Assembly: GCA_963726455.1 (NCBI GenBank)
Contig: CAVSCK010000005.1
Location: forward strand, 256,001-320,000
Reading direction: 5' to 3'
Source: an uncultured bacterium
GTDB taxonomy: Bacteria > Zixibacteria > MSB-5A5 > CAIYYT01
DNA: 64,000 nt
The notes beneath the pieces are model-generated. The model ran no database searches. It had not been told where the DNA came from and saw only the letters and a program-made list of their open reading frames with translations. A program made the position numbers and the translations under genes. Positions 58,956 to 64,000 of the stretch are shown here, in pieces. How positions within the stretch are numbered: position 1 is the stretch's first letter; each line of letters opens with the position of its first letter.

Positions 58956-59783
58956 TTACTTCTTTATCTTCGCCTGCCATTCTAGCGAGAGCTTCTCAGC
59001 TTGCTTCAATTGGTCGGGATTGAGATCCATTCGCAGCAGGTCTCTCTTTTCGATCATTTCCTGCTGGTGCTCAGGATTATCAATACCCGACATTGCGGCT
59101 ACGACAAGCGCGTATGCTTGAACCGGGTCTCTCTTAACCCCGGCGCCTTTCTCATAGGCAACTCCCAGGAACCACATCGTTTCCGGATTGCCGACTTCCG
59201 ATCCTTTGCGGTACCACTTTACTGCCTCCACACTGTCGGCTTTGACTCCCCAGCCATTGAAATAAATTTGTCCCAGGTGAAAGGTGGCTTCCGGTTGGCC
59301 CTGCTCCGCCGCCAAACGATACCACTTGACGGCTGCGACCGGGTCTTCGTCCACACCACCGGGGATGCGTTTGCCTGCTTGATAGATCAGTCCGAGACTA
59401 AATTGACAATCTGCATTCCCCTTATCCGCACCGCTACGGAAATACTTCATCGCTGCCGGCAAATCGGCGTCGCCCATAAAACCGTTGGAATACACGTATC
59501 CCATGTCGTACCACGCCTGGCTCTTTCCGGCATCGGCGGCCTTTTGAAGCCACTTGAAACCATCGTCCACGTTTTTGTCAACACCAGTGCCTTGAATCAG
59601 GCGCTCGCCCAGTTCGAGCATGGCGTCGGCATTACCCTGTGTCGACATCGTCTTGAGCTCTTCCAGCGTCGTCGCGGAATCAACCTTAGCCGATACTGCA
59701 AACGCTACGGAGCTGATCAAAACCACGGCGAGAAACGCCACGATCAACGTGAACGCTCCATTCACTTCAAAATGTGCTTTCAT
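58956..59783 (-). CDS. Secreted Sel1-repeat protein
   Basis: Several Sel1 repeats (AVKWYRLAAEQG, GWGVKAD); AAAGGAGG RBS. Confidence 0.9.
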   Translation of the reverse strand: MKAHFEVNGAFTLIVAFLAVVLISSVAFAVSAKVDSATTLEELKTMSTQGNADAMLELGERLIQGTGVDKNVDDGFKWLQKAADAGKSQAWYDMGYVYSNGFMGDADLPAAMKYFRSGADKGNADCQFSLGLIYQAGKRIPGGVDEDPVAAVKWYRLAAEQGQPEATFHLGQIYFNGWGVKADSVEAVKWYRKGSEVGNPETMWFLGVAYEKGAGVKRDPVQAYALVVAAMSGIDNPEHQQEMIEKRDLLRMDLNPDQLKQAEKLSLEWQAKIKK

Positions 59784-59850
59784 TCTTGTACCTCCTTTAA
59801 GGTCAATTATTGGCATCATCCCACGGACTCCTGCACGTCCGTCGAGAATT

Positions 59851-61123
59851 CTACTCTACCCCTAGCAGCTTGCCATTCTCGTCAAAGACGACGACCTGAC
59901 CCTTCGTAACGGAACGTCCTTCGACGGTGATATCCGTTGCTACCTTGGCGCGCTTGAGATTGCCGTTATCGTAGAAATAGGTTCCGGCGCCGCCGCCAAA
60001 CACGTCAGACGAGAAACTGTATTCAGCTATGGGAATATCCTGAATGACCTCTTCGCGTCCCAACCATGCCACCCTCAGCTTTCCGTTCGGATAGAACACC
60101 GTTTGAAAGTCATGGCCTCCCCCCTTGCACAGGTGTCCCTGAATCTCGGTGTCGTGCGGCAGGAAGCACCATTCTTTCAGCCCATCCTTATCGAAACTAA
60201 CCGTCGTCCCTTCTGGCAACGGCTGGCCCGCCAGAGTATCCTCGCTGGCCAGCACGCACATCTTGATTACGCCGTTCGGATAATAGGTAACATGCCCTCG
60301 GCAGCTTATTCCCTGAACCTGGGTCACGGCATTCGCGGCGATAGATGCCGGACTCGGCTTCCCTATGCCGCCGATACTGCCGCTCAGAAAAGTGAATACA
60401 ACCACGATCGCGGCAGCGAAAGTAGACAGTATGATCGCCCGAATCGACCGCGACCGTTTGCCCCCTTCGTTCGTTTCGGGCTGTGCGCCTAGGTACAGAC
60501 AACCTGCGGCGATCAAGATAACGGCAACGACCATCCACATGGCCAGCCGCTGAATTTGAAATTCGTAAAGCCGGAGCCAGATAATGAGAAAGCCGCTGAA
60601 CAACACCAGGAAGAGCGCCACCACTCGCGGAAATTTGCGCGACACTATTCCCAGAGAAGCGAAAGCCAGCGCTAGCCCAACTCCAAGCAGTCCCGGTACC
60701 GACAATCCGGAATCGAAGGCTATAAACAGCGCCATAATCAGCCCGACCGTGATGACGAAAACACTTCCGGCTTTGCGCAGGTCACCCCACAACAACAGCC
60801 CCGTAACTGCCCGGGCGCCGATACCGATGACAAGTATGGCATACAATTCTTCCGGCTGTTCTCCTTTGAGCAAGATGCCCCAGTGCAAACCCGAGCATGG
60901 CCAGCATCACTGCGATGAAGGCGATATTCCCCGATCTGGAATGGACCTCAACCTGGCGCTCATCGGCAAACTTGGTTGCCAGATCGAAAGCATGCAACGT
61001 CGGTCGCAGCAGGTACGCCCCGACTAAGAACAGCAGCCCCAGGTCCATGTTCATGATCTCCAGGACCACGCCAACTGCGAAAATGCCGCAGGCGGCAAAG
61101 AATATCCTATCTCGCTTGAACAT
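59851..61123 (-). CDS. Multi-TM membrane protein (DUF2178-like DER motif) with C-terminal beta-repeat domain, +1 frameshift at 60890-60892
   Basis: FADER motif. Removing one G joins LAMLG to LHWGILL; C-terminal YYPNG/FYPNG/FYDNG repeats. Confidence 0.65.
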
Positions 61124-61325
61124 GATCTCCATCCTCCAATTCGAATAATGCCTCGACGGTCGTGTTGAGCTTGGTGGCCAACTGCAGCGCCAGCTTGACT
61201 GACGGATTGTAGTCGCCCCTTTCTATCGCGATAATTGTCTGCCGGGAAACAGACACTATGTCTGCCAGTTGCTGCTGGCTCAACTCGCCGCTTTCAAATC
61301 GATATCTTCTCAAACTATTCTTCAT
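61107..61325 (-). CDS. XRE-family HTH transcriptional regulator
   Basis: LSQQQLADIVSVSRQTIIAIERGDYNPS...VEALF. Confidence 0.92.
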   Translation of the reverse strand: MKNSLRRYRFESGELSQQQLADIVSVSRQTIIAIERGDYNPSVKLALQLATKLNTTVEALFELEDGDHVQAR

Positions 61326-61371
61326 GATCACCCCGAATGTTGATTAACAGCCCGCTGTAATATCCTCGACA

Positions 61372-61435
61372 AATGTACAGTTACCTTTACATTATGTCAA
61401 GTACATTTTTCATAATGTAACATATATTTTACATT
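61372..61435 (-). promoter_or_regulatory. Promoter overlapped by three phased palindromic operators
   Basis: AATGTA-N10-TACATT at 61372 and 61414, with a degenerate copy at 61393; minus strand TTGACA-17-TACATT. Confidence 0.8.
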
Positions 61436-61503
61436 TACAGACAGACTTGTCGCGCCAGGAACGTTCAGTATTTCCGATAATGCGTTGAATTACAATAAAT
61501 TAG

Positions 61504-62376
61504 CTATTGTTTACGCTTCAAGGAGTCGTAACCGATGATTTTGTGGATCAGTTTGGCTGCCACGAAGTCGGAAACCGCAGTGTCCTGAATCGGTGACAGC
61601 TCGACCACGTCGAAGCTGACCAGATTGCACTTGGTAATGACCTTGCGGAGCAATTCCAGCACCGGGTACCAGGTCAGCCCACCGGGTTCGGGGGTACCGG
61701 TCGCTGGAATCAGCGACGGATCAAGCACATCAAGATCGAAAGTCAGATAAACATCGCCTTCGATTTTGGCTACTACGTCATCGATCCAGTTCGGATTCTT
61801 GTCGGCGAAATGGGCGGAGTAGATCGCGACCTTTTCGGCTTTGATGTATTCGTTTTCCTCGATCGAGTAGTTGCGTACGCCGACGGATACTGTCTTTTTC
61901 GACAGTTCCCTGATACGTCGCATCACTGCCGCATGACTGAATGGCTCGCCGAGATAGCCATCGCGCAAATCGGCGTGCGCATCCAGATGCAAAACCGTCA
62001 ATTGGGGATATTTCTCCAGGCAGGCACGGACCGCTCCGTAGCTGATGGTATGTTCACCACCGAGCATACCGACAACTTTATCGTGCCGCAGCAACTCTCG
62101 AACATGCTCAAAGACGATCTGGTTCTGTTCAGCAGGTCCCTTGGAGGTGATCGTGATGGACGGCGCCGTGTGGATGCCGGCATGATACGGCTCGCAACCG
62201 AGTTCCTCGTCGAACAATTCAACTTCCTGTGACGCGGCAATAATCGCCGCCGGACCATATTGAGTCCCCTTGCCGTAAGTAGCGGTTTCCTCGTAAGGCA
62301 CCGGCAAAATCACGTACGGTGACGAGACTAACTCGGATTTGTTAGCGGGTATTCCCAGAAAGTTACGTGGCGGCAT
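61504..62376 (-). CDS. speB: Agmatinase (ureohydrolase family)
   Basis: GGEH, DAHAD, DLDVLDP and TGTPEPGG motifs. Confidence 0.93.
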   Translation of the reverse strand: MPPRNFLGIPANKSELVSSPYVILPVPYEETATYGKGTQYGPAAIIAASQEVELFDEELGCEPYHAGIHTAPSITITSKGPAEQNQIVFEHVRELLRHDKVVGMLGGEHTISYGAVRACLEKYPQLTVLHLDAHADLRDGYLGEPFSHAAVMRRIRELSKKTVSVGVRNYSIEENEYIKAEKVAIYSAHFADKNPNWIDDVVAKIEGDVYLTFDLDVLDPSLIPATGTPEPGGLTWYPVLELLRKVITKCNLVSFDVVELSPIQDTAVSDFVAAKLIHKIIGYDSLKRKQ

Positions 62377-62464
62377 AATCGGTTTCTCCCCGGTTTGCTC
62401 TGATGCTTACTATAAGCGAATCCAAAACCGCGCGCAAATGAATATTGATGTTCGGAAGAGTCCC

Positions 62465-62574
62465 GTAGGTCGGCGTTCCGAGTCCCTTGTCTCCCGAACC
62501 AGAATGTCTCCCGCAGACCTGTGTCAACATTTCCACTCGTTCGCCGAAACCATGGGACGAGAAACCCGACATGC
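62465..62574. repeat. Degenerate REP/REPIN-like inverted repeat
   Basis: GTAGGTCGGCGTTCCGAGTCCC ... GGGACGAGAAACCCGACATGC, an imperfect inverted pair. Confidence 0.45.
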
Positions 62575-62578
62575 GGCT

Positions 62579-63799
62579 TTACTTGATCAATCTATTCGCC
62601 AGCAAATGCAGGAACAGCCCGACATCGGTCACGATGCCGACAGTTTGAGAGGAACCACGGTCGGAGAGTTTGGTCACGACCGAGGGATTGATATCGACAC
62701 AGATTGTCTTGACCCAGGCGGGAAGCATATTGCCGGTAGCGATCGAGTGCAACATGGTCGATAGCATCAGGACGATTTCCGCGCCTTTGATCTGCTGCGC
62801 GTAGGCCTCCTGTGCCGCGTTCATGTCGGTAATCGTCTCCGGCAGCGGTCCGTCATCGCGCAGTGAACCTGCCAGCACGTACGGCACATCGTGTTTGACG
62901 CACTCGTACATGATGCCCGACTTCAGAATTCCCTTTTTGACCGCGACCCTTATTCCACCGGCCTTGTTAATCGCATTGATTGCGCGCATGTGATTTCGAT
63001 GTCCTTGGTCGACAGGCGTGCCGGCCGACGTGTCAATCCCCAGCGACGTGCCGAACAATGCATTTTCGATATCGTGTACAGCCAACGCATTGCCGGTCAG
63101 CAGTCCATCGACAAAGCCGCTACGGATCATCCGGCAGAGCGAATCAACCGCGCCCGTATGAATCACGACCGGTCCGGCGACAACCAGTAATTTGCCCTTA
63201 CGTTGGCGAATCTGTTCCGCAACCCGGTCAACCGCGATTGAGACTTTCTTTTCCGAAGAGACTTCGTTGGACATGAAGCTGAACTCGTCGCGTTCGCGAT
63301 CCTTGAATTCCGGGTGCACGCGAATGCCGTCCAGCCCGCAGACGACACAGTCACCCTTGCGCACCTCCCGGAGCTTCTTGACCGTCGCCTTATGTTTATC
63401 GATCACAATGACACCATCCATGCGCTGGTTGGCGACCTCGATCCATTTGCCGTTGAGTCGCACCTCGGTGCGGTAATTGGTGGTGGAGTAGAAATCATCG
63501 GGCACGGTTCGGTCTTTGGTCGTCGCCGTAGTCTGTATCGCGCTTTCACTGACGACAAAACAGCCCCGTTCCGACAGCACGTTCAGAATCAATGCCAGTC
63601 GATCCGCCGACGGCGCCGAGACTTTGACCCGCGCCAGCGACATTTCGGTGTTGGTGCGACCGATGATAAAATCCCGGATTTCAAACCTGCCACCGGCGCC
63701 GATGATCAGGTCAAAGACGTCACGCAACAGGTCAGAGTCGACAATGTGTCCTTCGATCTGGACTAACGCTTCGGGTGCATGTTTCAACGCAGGTTTCAT
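62579..63799 (-). CDS. TIGR00300-family (LOR/SDH-type) protein, putative ornithine cyclodeaminase
   Basis: EGHIVDS, DFYSTTN, FSFMSNEVSSEK, GNALAVHDIE, LAGSLRDDGP and KLSDRGS motifs. Confidence 0.9.
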   Translation of the reverse strand: MKPALKHAPEALVQIEGHIVDSDLLRDVFDLIIGAGGRFEIRDFIIGRTNTEMSLARVKVSAPSADRLALILNVLSERGCFVVSESAIQTTATTKDRTVPDDFYSTTNYRTEVRLNGKWIEVANQRMDGVIVIDKHKATVKKLREVRKGDCVVCGLDGIRVHPEFKDRERDEFSFMSNEVSSEKKVSIAVDRVAEQIRQRKGKLLVVAGPVVIHTGAVDSLCRMIRSGFVDGLLTGNALAVHDIENALFGTSLGIDTSAGTPVDQGHRNHMRAINAINKAGGIRVAVKKGILKSGIMYECVKHDVPYVLAGSLRDDGPLPETITDMNAAQEAYAQQIKGAEIVLMLSTMLHSIATGNMLPAWVKTICVDINPSVVTKLSDRGSSQTVGIVTDVGLFLHLLANRLIK

Positions 63800-63843
63800 G
63801 GGTTCCTCTGGTCAGTTATCGGCCTGTGCGCCAAGAAATTAAC

Positions 63844-63872
63844 TTGACAAACTGTGAGTGAGAGTCTATCTT
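63844..63872 (+). promoter_or_regulatory. Putative sigma70 promoter for a transcript continuing beyond the window
   Basis: TTGACA-17 nt-TATCTT. Confidence 0.6.
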
Positions 63873-64000
63873 TAAGTGTGAGCAGGAGGGTAGTCATTCT
63901 CGAAGATTGTTCTATCCACTGCCCCGTCCTCACTCCAAGAGTCAGTCCAGAAATGCTCTGTTGTTAGCGAAAGGATACACACTAACGCTGAATTAGCTAA

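Noticed and set aside
19028-59909. Long antisense ORFs (e.g. 19028-19966, 55968-56840, 59001-59909)
   Set aside because: They are shadows of well-supported genes on the opposite strand and carry no recognisable motifs.
63875-64000. 6S RNA or tRNA after the final promoter
   Set aside because: No cloverleaf; the hairpin is too short for 6S, and the context is truncated by the window edge.

Overview
This is a 64 kb, gene-dense bacterial chromosomal segment. It is probably from candidate division Zixibacteria or a related FCB-group lineage, an inference resting mainly on the C-terminal dockerin-like module '[29 protein letters not shown]' and the gene content. Most of it is core genome: birA, rex, dinG, aconitase, gcvT, a fused E1 dehydrogenase, rluD-lspA-dksA-ileS-punA-divIVA-yggS, hflX, surA, mfd and speB. 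I found no rRNA, tRNA, CRISPR array or transposase. Six things stand out. (1) An intact four-gene 2-oxoacid:ferredoxin oxidoreductase-like operon with a Rex operator. It has lost the ThDP-activating Glu, the YPITP motif and the GDG...N ThDP/Mg motif, but keeps its Fe-S cysteines and a GltD-like FAD/NAD(P) module inserted into the delta subunit, so it may be a pseudo-enzyme or electron-transfer complex. (2) A candidate ~170-nt sigma54-dependent small RNA with two hairpins carrying the same GACAGG loop, an upstream palindrome and its own terminator. (3) A TPR-ExbB-ExbD-ExbD-TonB operon followed by four more TonB paralogs, three of which look secreted or lipid-anchored. (4) A small secreted protein ending in a TWGKIKALFK tail, with a probable ATT start codon. 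(5) An XRE gene with three phased operators. (6) Five single-base-insertion frameshifts, one of them in ileS, which most likely are sequencing errors. All calls come from motif reading alone; no searches were run.
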